64,000 nt of DNA from the NCBI GenBank assembly GCA_010093605.1, contig MU004185.1, positions 1,571,334 through 1,635,333 of the forward strand. The letters are read 5' to 3'. Positions 1 through 11,520 of the stretch are shown here, one piece after another. This DNA comes from Lophium mytilinum. Taxonomy: Eukaryota. The notes beneath the pieces were generated by a model, which ran no database searches, was not told the DNA's origin, and worked only from the letters and a program-made list of their open reading frames with translations. A program made the position numbers and the translations under genes. Every line of letters starts with the position of its first letter. Position 1 is the stretch's first letter.

Positions 1-409
1 TTAAACTGAAGTTATATAGTTGGATCTGCAAGTCTTTCTTCTTAAATTGACCAGTACGACTGCATTATACGCCCTCTCCGCGTTGACACCAAAGTTGATA
101 GAAATTCCTTTCAGGCGGTTCAATATGTAGCTCTTTGCTTTTAACGAAGACGACACACCACGGCCCTACTCAGCGCCCACCCAACTAGAACTAATACTCA
201 CGCGGTTCGATCTGTCACTCTTTCTTCTTAAACAAGACTAATGCCCGTCAGAATCGACTAGAACGTCGAGGGGCACGCGTTCGCGACGTATTGGTCAGAT
301 AAGCTGCAAAGAGTACTAGATCTGACCACGTGAGCCAAGTTTTCCTCAGACACGGAGTGTTATGTTGAAAGACACGCATTGCCTAGTAATGTTGGAAAGA
401 GTCCCATAT

Positions 410-754
410 CGAACCGCATAACTTCAGTTTCGTTGATCTCGATGGGGACGAGGAAGGGGCCGTAGTGTCAATCCTCCATCGGACGCTACCTCGAAATACT
501 GGCCGGCCAGAATGATCATGTTTCATATTGTCAAAAGTTCTCAAAGGACTCTCAAAGCGCTCCGGACCCGCGCGGAAGCAGAGACAGTGCGCCAGAGTAT
601 CAGCGCGCACGCATATCTACAGTGTTCCGCGGTAACGAATGAAGGGCTTCGCGATGTGTTCGAGTGGGCGGCGAGGTATGCGTTTGTAGTTAACCCAGGG
701 AAGGCGAAGCAGAAGATGAGAGGATTGAGGAAGCTGTTTGGGGCCTCTTCTTGA
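410..754 (+). pseudogene. Degenerate Rho-family small GTPase fragment (C-terminal part)
   Basis: ORF 512-754 contains AHAYLQCSAVTNEGLRDVFEWAARYA, matching the Rho G5 region (YLECSAKTNEGVREVFE.A.R.A). Upstream HNFSFVDLDGDEE in another frame is a weak G3-like remnant. No P-loop or CAAX found. Confidence 0.55.
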
Positions 755-1091
755 GTTTGAGAGGCTGAGCCCGCTTGTCTTACCTGTGTCATATCTCCAT
801 CTACAAACATCTTTCTTTGGAGGCACTTCCTAGTGCTACTACACATTTGAATTTACTCTGCGTATCTCTTTCTTCGCTTTCACAATGGCTCTGGTACTCA
901 GGCTCTCCTCCGTCATTCGCCCCCACCCATTTCCAACCACGACACCTGCGCGATACCACACCAAAGCCCTTCTTCTACAGCAATGTCCCATTCGAAAACG
1001 TGCCCTTCCGCCATCGCCAGATAAAAACGATGGCCTCGAACGCAACTTCTAAGTACTGGTTCCTGCGATTCCCTCACTTTCTTTCCGACCA

Positions 1092-1950
1092 CAGGCCCTA
1101 GATCAGGTGCTTGTTAAGAGGATCAAAGAAGGCTGCTGGAGCACCTCTGCCCATTCGAAATAATGTCCAGTTGCAAGTTATTACGGAATCAACCACGCAA
1201 GAGGAAATTACTGGACGCGGAGGGGGTACGCCGCGTGCCCGCTTTTTAACTCGAAAGCAACGGGCCTTAAATTAGGCACTTGTTAAGAGAATCAAATAAG
1301 GCTGTTGGAGCACCTCTAACTTTTAGAATTGAAGTCTAGTTGCAAGTTGTTACGGAATCAACTGCGCAAGTGGAAAGTACTGGACGCGGATGGGTACGCC
1401 GCGTGCCTACTTTAGTAACCGGTTTTCAACCCGGAAGCAACAGGCCCTAAATCAGACTATCGGCAAAAGACTTAAAGATAGCTGCTGGAGCGCTTCTACT
1501 GATTAGATTTGGAGCCCCGGTTACAAGTTGTTACAGAATCAACCGCGTAAGAACCGTTTTAGTAGACGCGGAGGGGTACGCCTCGTGCCAATTTTAATAG
1601 TACTTTCTTTACCTAAAAGCAACGAGCCCTAAATCAGGCCATGGGAAAGAGGATTAAGAGTAGCCGCTAGAGCATCTCTGCCTATTAAATTTAGAGCCCG
1701 GTTACAAGTCGTTACAGAATCAACCGCACTAGAGCTTTTTTAGTAGACGCGGAGGGGTGCGCCTCGTGCCATTTTTAATAGCACTTTTCCAATCAAGAAG
1801 CAATAGGCCCTAAATCAGGCCGTCGCCAAAAGGCTTAGGAAAAGCTGCTGGAACACCTCCGCGTACCAGATCCGAAGACCGGTTGTAAATTCTCACGGAT
1901 CTAAGCATGTAAGAGTTTTTCTTTTGAACGCGCAGGGGTACGCAGTGTAC
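1092..1950. repeat. Tandem array of five diverged ~170-182 bp units
   Basis: Unit starts at 1092, 1261, 1441, 1623 and 1804. Shared blocks: GGCCCTAAATCAGG, GCTGCTGGAGCAC, CAAGTTGTTACRGAATCAAC, GACGCGGAGGGGTACGCC.CGTGCC, AAGCAA. Confidence 0.95.
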
Positions 1951-4900
1951 CTCTACTATACCCCTTTATACCCTACGAGGGGTTAGTTAGAGCTGCGATA
2001 TTCTAAAGGTTGAGTAACGTGATGCCCGCCCAACTCACGTGCCTCTTACTAATAACTCCCCTTTCTTTCGACTCCCCTACCTATATAAACCCAGCACCCC
2101 TCCACCTTTCTCTTCCGTTCGACAGGAGGAGTTTGGGGACCAGCCCAGTTAAGAATGGTATACAGAGACAGTGCATGGCTGGGCTGGATTGGACTGGGCT
2201 TTAAAAGCACTGAAGCCGCCGCAGCGTTATGGCTGTTTGGGTGGTGGATTAAAAAGAGGGTATCGGTCTTTCTATGGCGTGAGCTGGGAGGATGAGGAGA
2301 AATAATATTGCAGAAGACCCTGTGGGATTGGGCTTCGAGAGTGGTGAGAACTCAACAAGGTTGAGGAAGAAGCCCAATGGAGTAGAGGAGGCGGTGGGAA
2401 CGTGATGGTGCACAGCTTCACCGAGCTGTGAATACTTAGAAGTGGTAATAATATACGAAGTCAGTGAGCACTCTTTTATCATTGTGAGAGACTTTATAAG
2501 AAGCTAATGCTGTAGCCCACCTTAGATCCAGTAAATGGAGGACATCACGTAGCGAGAAAGATACTTATCATCACTCCCCTCTAAATCCTCCCTCTCTCCC
2601 CATCGTACACGGTGGTTCTGGTTGTTGAACCCCTCCTCCATCCAAGCTCTCTCATAAGGCGTTGAAGGCCTGGTTTTTGACCACACCCTCCGCCCACGTC
2701 CTCCCATCGCCCTGGCTGAGTGGTATTTTCGAATCCGCTCTCCACCCACGTCCTCCCACGGGGCAGTGAGGATCTGAGTTTTTGAACACCCTGCCCCCAC
2801 ACCACCTTGAAGAAAGAAATGTCAAAGTCCGCAGCGGGCTGAGGTTTTATACCCCCGGGAGAAAAGATCTGGGAAGATGAGTCAGCGGCACGTGACTGCG
2901 GGCCGAATAAGGGGGCGACTGAAGGTGACATATGAATAATCGGGGAGATCTCTAAGACTACAACCTCATGACTGGAGCGGGAGTAGACACGTGCGGGGAT
3001 GTTTTGCGGCTATATAAGACTTCGGTTTTCTTCGATTCTGAAATTCGGCAGAAGAAGGACTGCGGTCCTTAGGGATGCAAAATGGCCGATTCGCGCATCC
3101 CATGTGGCGAAGCAAAAAATTTCATGTTTCCCCGGAATGGAGGAGTGGAGAGGGGAGGGAGGATCAACAGCCAGACGACTGGACTCAATGGCGTGATTGG
3201 AACCAACCAGGGCGTGGTAATGCGGCGCTTCGTTTCCTCCTTTCAATGCGCGAGAGTAGTAGAGGCTAACGCTAGTAAGGAGCATCTTACGTTACTACTG
3301 GACATGGATAGAGGTATCAGACTTATCTGCTATCTATCAGAGGTGATAAAGACGGGTACTAATAGAAGACGGTACTCACCACCATCACCCTATAGAGTTC
3401 CTCCACCCAACTCCTTCCACCACTCGACCCATAGGATGGTTTTCAAAAAGATTTTGAACGCCGTCCCTCCACTCTCAACACCCATTGTGTATGTCGTGGC
3501 GAAATTTGACACAGCGCACGACCCGCGCCAGGACCTGCTTTTCCTTGCTAGTTTTACTCCCCAACCGCCCATGGTCTTTCTCCTTCCATCAGTTGACATC
3601 TCCCACCGACCGCACCATTGTGATTCCTTCTCGGTTGTTTTGCTCCTCCTCTCCTCACCTACCCTGAGGAACAAAACAAAGATCGAGGAGGGAAGAGCTT
3701 TTATACCCTCCAGCAGTAGAAAGAATCTGGCGATTACTCAGCGCGCACATGACTAGCAACGATAGAGCGTGACGACAGCGTGACGACAGTCGAGTTCTCT
3801 TGCCTGGGGTACAGAGCCAATCGAGCTGACTAACCGTCTGGATCACGTGGCTGTCCTATTTCTTTCGTATAAAAGAGGTCCTTCTCTCGGTCTTCGAGCT
3901 CGGTAGTGAGGAGGATCACATCCGGGGTGTTCAAAGTCACGGCGTCTATCCTACATGTGGGAGAGTAATAAGAACCGACGACGACGCGTATGTGGAGGGG
4001 GAAGGAGGAGGATCAACAACATCCTACGAATCACATGCACGTGGAGGGGAAGGGAGGAGGACCAAAACATACGCACCTGTCGTCATTATGGAGAGGTGAT
4101 CGGAGCGGCGGTACACGGACTTTCATAACGATGCCGATCGTCTTTGAAAGTGATGGAGCTTGCGAGTAGTGCTTGACTGAAATTACAAGGAGAGATCGAG
4201 TCATGGCCGTGATGATATCTAATACTGATCAGAGCGGAAGACAGATAGTATGAACAGAAAAGGATGCTCGCTATCATCACTGCCAAATCCCCCACCTCCC
4301 CATCGCTCTCTTCCCCGCCTGGTGCTCATGGATTGGTATCGTTACCGATTTTGAACAGCCCCAACGCCCCAACACCCACCACCCATGAATGCTCTGCGTG
4401 CGTAGGTTGACGCCCCAAACCCAGCGCGCAGCATTGCGTGACAATCGGTTCAGTTTTCATCGTCCCAGTGTCAACTCCTCTAGAGAAGAAGCCTGGAGGA
4501 CGGCAGGCGGGGCTTTTATATGCGTAGTAAGGGAGGAAGAGTGAGCAGGCACGTGAGTAAGGGAAGATCAGGTGGAACCAAAAGGCACATCCGAGATGAG
4601 ATGAAAGAAGAAGCCAGCAAATGAAGACGGGATGGAAACCCTTCAAAGCGTCATCAACACGAACAACATCACACACAAGCCCAGACTACCATAACAGTCT
4701 CAATTATAATCTCAGAGACAGTTCGGTAAAAGAACCTACTTCGCACCATCATCCCTCCTCCCCCTCGCTTTCTCCAATTAACTAAATCGCTACTCTGTCC
4801 CGAATAAATGTGTGGAAAATGCAAGACATGACCCTTTTGCCCCCCCTTTAAATGAAGAGAAAGTGTGTGATATAGAACCAGATAAACCCCCGGAAATAAG

Positions 4901-5133
4901 AACCGCCGGGACGCTAGAAAGAAGGAACGAACTGGATCAAATGGTAGACGCGCTCGCTGTGTATGCATCGAAGGGAGTGTGGTATAGAGGAGTGAGTCGT
5001 GGGTGTGATATCGATATCGGCGTGGACGTCGAGGTCCTCGCGGGAGGATGTGTACGGGAAACCTCCGAGATGTGACTCGCGGTTGCTAGGAATATGGAGA
5101 GACCTAGATCTCGAGCCTAGGGGTGCTGGTTGT

Positions 5134-6108
5134 CTACAACACGAGTGCGAAGCCAGCGAAGAGCCCAGAAAACACGATGGCAAGACCGTAGCTGCTGCCA
5201 ACTTGCATGGCACTCGCAGCAGCACCCTTCTTCGCAGATCCAGTGCTCGTGGCCGCTGCTCCGCCGAACCCAGTGTAGACGGCGCCGGTGGCGGTCGTTT
5301 GGGCGTTAGTCGCAGCAGCGCCGGTGCCGGTGGGCTTGGAGGTTGCGGAAAGGGTGCTGCTATTGGCTTTTACGGGGCTCTGAGCACCGCAGGGGTGGTT
5401 GGCTCTGTGAAGAAGTTAGATTGAGGTCTCAAAGGCCACCTTGAGGGTTGCAAATCGGGGAGTACGAACCTGCAATCATTGGAGCAAGCGTTGTCCTGTC
5501 CACAGCCAGCGACGCACTGGTTACCCCATTCCTGGCAGATGTAGAAGGGCACGGTCTGCGAGTACTCGGTGACGTTGGGTGTTTCGCCTTGTTGGCAGAC
5601 GCAGCTGAAGGTGAGGGAGGCCTGAGAGATGTTAGCTGATGAAGAGACTGAGACCCAAAGCTTGGGTTATGAACACAAGGAAAGCTTCTGGGTTCTAGAA
5701 ACTGCTACCCGATGCTTCATCGACGCTACTGTTGCCTGCAGGTATATCCTTGTATCTTCTGTACCGGATACGAGAAGGACCCGCAGGCGGACAAGGTTGT
5801 CGAACAGCTTCATCGAGTAACCAGATCCCTCATAGAAGTTTCTGAATGGATTGTGCTTACGGGATCGCAGGTGTTCGACTGAGTCGAGGCGGAGTTCTCG
5901 GGGTATTGGAGACAGATTAATGGGCACTCGCTCGTTTGCTGGTTACACCAGAACTCTGCCAGGTGTTAGAAATGTTTCAGCTGATATTGCACAAGATGGA
6001 CTCACGCCTGAGGGATAGGGAGACGGAGTCGGGATCGATGGTGTATTGCTCTTGGGAGTAGGTGGAGCTGACGAGGGCGAGCACGCCGAGGGCAAGTGTC
6101 GAACGCAT
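5134..6108 (-). CDS. Secreted Cys-rich, Ser/Thr-rich, probably GPI-anchored cell-wall protein (4 exons)
   Basis: Signal peptide MRSTLALGVLALVSSTYS. Spliced Cys-rich domain FWCNQQTSECPLICLQ...CDP|..FSCVC...YSQTVPFYICQEWGNQCVAGC...CSNDC|..HPCGA, then an S/T linker and a hydrophobic C-terminus ending in TAG at 5134-5136. Confidence 0.85.
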
Positions 6109-6983
6109 GGTGGTATTAATGTGAAGTTGGGGGTTTGTACTGAAGCTGGAGAGTGTTGTTAGCAGGTGTTGGCAGCTTGAAAGGTTGAAAGGTCCAGGAG
6201 AATGGGCTCGGGAGGCCTGAGTGGTTGCCGGGGAGTTGAGGAATGAAGAGCTCACTTTGTTGCTGGCAACGATAGCACGGCCAGCAGGCACGGACAACGA
6301 CAGTGGAATGAAGGGGATATTACAAGAGGATACGGAGAGCTGCTGAAACAACGAGAGGTGGTGACAAGAAGAAGAAGAAGTAGCTGCACAGGGGGTCGAA
6401 GCACCAAAGCGAGTGTGGTGGTGAATGGATGGGGTGAATGGAGCAGACGGCTGGGAGTTTAAAAGGGAGGTGGGTTTGGGTAGCGCCTGATCGATCGCGC
6501 ACCCTTGCTTTGGCATTGCAGTCTGAGTCGCCCTCAGCGCGCGCCATGATCGGTCTGTGGTCTTTTTCTCCGCACCCTAAAGCACAGCGGGCTGGATGCG
6601 AGGCGCCACTGGCCGCACGGGGCTAGCTGCGGTGGTGGAGAGTGGCCGGCCATGGTGCTTCGGTTTGATGCTGCTCGGCACGAGGCCCCTTTGGACGCCG
6701 TACAGCTGTCGAGAACACCAATTGCCCAATCAGCGGGCCGCCTGAATCGTCGAAGCCACCCCGGCGCGCATCGATATTTCCAGGGTCTGCCGCTCTTGAC
6801 CCTATCGCGACAAGCGGCACGCAGCTATCCCGAAGGGTGGGCCGTGGTGGTGATGTTTCTTTGTCGCCGCCGAGCTGCATGCCACCACCTCTGCATCCAT
6901 CCCACCGCTCAACATCCCGTATCGCGGCCCCGCAGCTGCATAGATAATAGCCATACGCCGGTCTGACGCGTTCCACTTGATGG

Positions 6984-7843
6984 ATGGAGTCTGCGGGCTC
7001 TCACACCCCGCCGCAGAGCCGCCACGCTGGTCATGGCGCGCCCCAATCCTCCCTGCCATCCGACCAGGCGGGCATCGTGATCCCGCCCTACTGGCAGCAG
7101 CATCAGCGGACTACCAGCAATGTGTCCGTCGACAAGGCCCAGTCCGCCCAGATCACCCTGGAGGACCACACCGACGAGGGCTCCGAGCAGTGCAAGGCCC
7201 TGTGGGCAAAGCATGTGTCGATTGACGACTATGTCGTCGTCAGTGGCACCACTCCGGGCGTGGGAGCCTATGTTGTCTGGAACTGCACCGTCGAGACCCT
7301 GGATGTGAGTGGACTCCTGCTGCCCTCTGTGCGTTTTGATAGCGTCCGGGGAAACGCTATATATATGCAACTCGCCTCCGTGCTAACCAGCTGCAGGGCG
7401 GCCCCATGAAGATAATGAAGAGGTATAGAGCTCACCATCCGTCTGTCTCACCGTTGCCTCGACTCACGTCCCTAGATACTCCGAGTTCGACGACCTGCGC
7501 AACAAGCTGGTGCGAACCTTCCCACACGCCGGCGCTGCGATGCCGCCTTTGCCACCCAAAAAGTTCATCTGTACGGACTGCCACCCTTTTGCTCCACCCC
7601 TCTCCCCCCACTTGCCTGAACAGGCCAATCTAATGTATTGGAACACAGCACGCTTCCGCCCGCGGTTTCTGGAGCGCCGGAAAGCTGGCCTTTCCTACTT
7701 TCTCAAGTACATGCCCTTGGCCGCCGTTGCCGTGATATGCGGCTAGCGATATCGATGCATCCCCGCTGACTATAAATAGCTGTGTCTTGCTCAACCCCGA
7801 GTTCTCTGCCTCTCCCGTGCTCAAGGAGTTTCTTTTCTCATAA
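6984..7843 (+). CDS. YPT35: PX (Phox homology) domain protein, Ypt35-like (5 exons)
   Basis: Spliced reading ...GAYVVWNCTVETLD|GGPMKIMKR|YSEFDDLRNKL..FP.....PPLPPK..|RFRPRFLERRKAGLSYFL|NCVLLNPEFSASPVLKEFLFS*. RYSEF and PxLPPK are PX motifs. Confidence 0.85.
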
Positions 7844-8565
7844 TCCTTCCTGTCGATAGTTAATACGCGTGTGAGCGAGAGCGATACCATTAACTTGTAA
7901 TTTAACATGACCGTTGGATAGGGCTGGGGGAATGCCGCCACTGTCGATGGACTGACAGACTGACCGTTGATGTGCGACACGAGTCTGTGGAACGTGTCAG
8001 GATGATCCGAGGGCACGATCAAACACGGCTGGATGTCTCACATGAACAATAATAGTCGACTGTCGGTAAAGTTGTGTTGTGGGGAACAAAGTATATATAT
8101 CAATGACCAGCCCAGATGTTTTGCGCAGACCCATCTCACATCACACCAGACGTGACCTCAATTTTATATTAGGATGCATCTCAATTTGGTGGCGGCTGGT
8201 GGAGCCGAAAAACTTGCCTCGTCTTCCCCCGTTGATCAATGCTTCTATGGCGCTCCAAAGTCACCGCTAGCCGTGGTGTTGATCCCAGCACCTCCAGCAG
8301 CGCAGAATTGCTGCAACAATCTGGTGTGAATGCTGAGTTCGGTGAAGACGTAGATGAGAAGATGTGTGAACTGCCACTGTGACGCAGCGAAGCCTCCAGC
8401 TTCCTTCACCTCCTTTCGCCTACTGCCTCGCTCCCTACCTACGCCCAGCGTAGAGGGAGCCCCTAACGTCCCATCGCCGAACGGGCCCTTCAAGCCAAAC
8501 ACGACCCAATTGCCGGGTCCCTCGCAGGCGTCGCAGTAAAATGCCCCGTCCAACACAACATAACC

Positions 8566-10246
8566 ATGACAGACGAGTCCCGGTCGTCGCGCAGAGTTGC
8601 GAACTCTGCTCCTAAACCTCCCGCGCCGGATTCCCACGCACCCACGCCGCTATCCACCTCGACCAGCACCACCACGACGGCGCCGCGACGCCCGCCCAAG
8701 GGCAAGACGCAACGGACGCTGGAAGAGACGCTGGCGCCGCGAGCCTCCAACACGGTCGCGCAGGTCCTGATCCCCACGCGCAACAATGCCCGCAAGCGAC
8801 CTCAGCCCTCGCTCGACGCGCCCGCCGGCCGCTCGAAACCACCCACCAAGGTCTCCGTCGCCCAGCCTCACACGGGGCTGCTGCAGACGACAAACGGCGT
8901 GCAGACTGTGCTCCCGCTACGCGACGATGACATTCACTCTGGCCGCTCGACGCCGCAGACCAATGGCGAGGGTAGCCTGCTCGCGGTGCCCTCGACATCA
9001 CGCAACAAACAGGACAAGCGCACGCTGAGGTCGCAAGACGGCGGATCACGTCTGAAGAGCGACCTCAGCATCTACTTCCCCAACTACGACGACATCATTG
9101 CGGACGCGCCCAAGCAGCCCGGTACGCCTCCTTCGCGCTTCCGTCTGAAGTCCGTCACGCTGACAACGCGCAGAATTCCTCGAGCCAGACTCCCCCATCT
9201 ACATCGTCGATGAAGCCCTCAAGACCCCGAAAGCGCGCAATGCGAGCTCGACACCCGCGCCCAGGACCTCGATTAGCCCGGCGAGGTCGCGGAAGAAGTC
9301 GATTACCTCGCTCCCGAATGGCGTCGCCGGAGCCGCGTCCTCGAGTAAACAACCGCCTGATCGCACCTCGACCCTCTACCAAGTCGTCGACTACACCGCC
9401 AGCGACCGCCATGCGCCTAATGACCCTGCGGCCGACCCCCTCGCCGACACGCACTTCTTCACCGCCCACCGCCGCGCCGAGCGCAAGGAGAAGCAGCTCC
9501 GCAACATCGAGAAGGAGCGCGCCATGCACGAGAAAGTCCAGCTCGAGCGCCTCCTCGAGGGGCTGCAGGGCCCGGACTGGCTGAAAGTGATGGGGATAAC
9601 CGGCGTTACGGACGGCGAGCGGAAAGACTGGGAGCCCAAGCGGGACTACTTCGTTGCGGAGGTGAAAGCGCTGGTGGACAAATTCCGCATCTGGAAAGAG
9701 GAGGAGAAGCGGTTGAAGGCTGAGCGTGAAGCCGCTTTACTCGCGAGAGAGGAAGAAGAGGAGGCGAACAGCAACGAGGACGGCGACAGCCCAATTGAGA
9801 GTGCGGCGGTCCCAAATTCTTCGGATGTTGATGCGTGGGCGGCGCTTCAGCTGCAGACTGAGGCTGCGGCGACGGCGTCGTCGTCGCAGCCGCCGACGAA
9901 ACGGAGTCGGAGACCGGCACATCAGAATTCTTCTTTACTTCTGCCGCCCCCGCCTCTGGAGCCTCCGAAGCCCTTTACGAGCTTCTACGCGAAACCGCAT
10001 CTGCGGGAGGCGGCTATGGGGAAGAGTCGGCATGGTCGAAATGTCACGGCGTTCGGGCAGCCACTACCAGAACCACAGGAAGAGGAGTTCGCGCTACCAC
10101 CAGACTACCTAACCGAAGAGGCGTTGAGAGCACATGCGCGAAAGCGAAGGCGGGTGCGCAGAGACCGAGACAGCGTAGGCGGCAGCGCAAGTACCCCAGT
10201 CGGGAAAGGCAAAGAGAAGGCATCGGACGGAAAGGGGGGTGGATAA
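8566..10246 (+). CDS. SAS4: SAS4-family subunit of the SAS histone acetyltransferase complex (intron ~9122-9172)
   Basis: RTLRSQDGGSRLKSDLSIYFPNY, then DPL.D..F..AHRRAERKEKQLRNIEKERAMHEKVQLERLLEGLQGPDWLKVMGITG, typical of the fungal SAS4 domain. Confidence 0.85.
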
Positions 10247-10699
10247 GGGGTGGGTGTGTGGGTGTCTATGTCATCACTTTGGAGTACGGCGTTCTGGCTT
10301 CGGCTCTCGCACTGAGGCCTGGTTTGCTTGAGGGGATATCCCATGGCGTATGGGCGGTCATGTGTTCAAGAGCGTGTGGATGGAGCCACGCTAGCTTTTC
10401 TTATACCTCTATGAGGGAGCGGAGTGCGTGCTCTGCCTCCGCCGGGGGTTGGATCCGGCATTTTGGTATGGTTGCGCTGTATTATAGGTGCTAGCACGGA
10501 TATACTGAGGCGTCGCCTGGGTTGGGCGGTGTGAAAGTACTACTTTTTTAACCCTTTGTTTCGTTCTCTTCTTAGCCTGGGTTTCTGTCTATGATGCTGA
10601 TTACGCGTGCTCTCGTTTTCCTTCTCATGTTTGCCGGAATGCAGGCAAACTCAAGCATCACATCCCAAGCCCCTCGTCAACCCTCTTTCCGCTTTCAAA

Positions 10700-10947
10700 A
10701 CAAACTTCACGATCCACCGTCGAGCAGCCTCCCTTTTCGATCTTCAGACCTCAGCTGTACTAGCTTCCCTCTCATCCGCCCCTCCCGAGCTGTGCGAGTC
10801 GGTAGCCCCGTATAATCAGGTACGTCTCCCCCAAGTTCCGCCTTCAACACATTACGACCACACGCTGACCTTGGTGATGGTACCGTAGTGTCCTCGAACC
10901 TGGTTCAGACGAAAGCTGCCCCTTGGTTTGTATGCTAGGGGTAGCTG
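10700..10947 (+). pseudogene. Possible decayed F-box-like gene fragment
   Basis: SLSSAPPELCESVAPY resembles an F-box start, followed by a canonical-looking intron 10820-10888 (GTACGT...GCTGAC...TAG). The frame closes soon after. Confidence 0.2.
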
Positions 10948-11520
10948 AACGCGGGTATGGGGGTACGCCTGCATATCCGTAGCTTTGGAAGTTGGTCGGG
11001 GTTTGGGTGTGGGTTGGGATAGGTGGCGTCTTGCGGTCGCTGTGTGGGAGTAGGATGGAGGAGGTGTGCCTGGTGGTATTGATACCTTCTCCTTCAGATT
11101 ATTCCAATCTAGTTTGCGATGTTCGTGGGATGGCATGATGATCTGGGGTGTTATCGGGATGATGTTTCCAGGAATCCGATTGGTGGCCTCATGGGAAGGT
11201 ATCCTCGAGAGGAAAGTTTTGTTTGGATATAAAGCAAAAAGGTTGTGCCCGAGCCATGGGATCAGGGTAGAAGTTGGCCGAAACGAGGAGTCTGGTTCTA
11301 GGAACATCGATCGCAGGATGGAAGTCTTGAGAGAAAGGTATGCGAATCTGAGTGTATCTTATGCATGCAGCATGCCTACTGATGCATGTTGCTGACTAAC
11401 AGCTGTGTCCTCCAAGGCTGCCAGCACACCTCGCCGCACACACAACACCAGACCTACACACTGTTTTCCCGCTCTATGGTTAGCATATCATCGAAGTAAG
11501 CTCACAGCCATCTCACCATC

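Noticed and set aside
1092..1950. 180-bp array as a CRISPR array or a 60-aa coding repeat
   Set aside because: Units are homologous along their full length, with no unique spacers and no cas genes. Periods of 169/180/182/181 and internal 1-nt indels break the frame, although copy 2 alone reads through on the minus strand if its stops are de-RIPed.
3082..3756. 224-aa ORF as a gene
   Set aside because: No recognisable motif, and it overlaps dispersed non-coding repeats.
10903..10950. Hammerhead ribozyme or snoRNA
   Set aside because: GAAA is present but there is no CUGANGA core, and no properly spaced C/D boxes were found.
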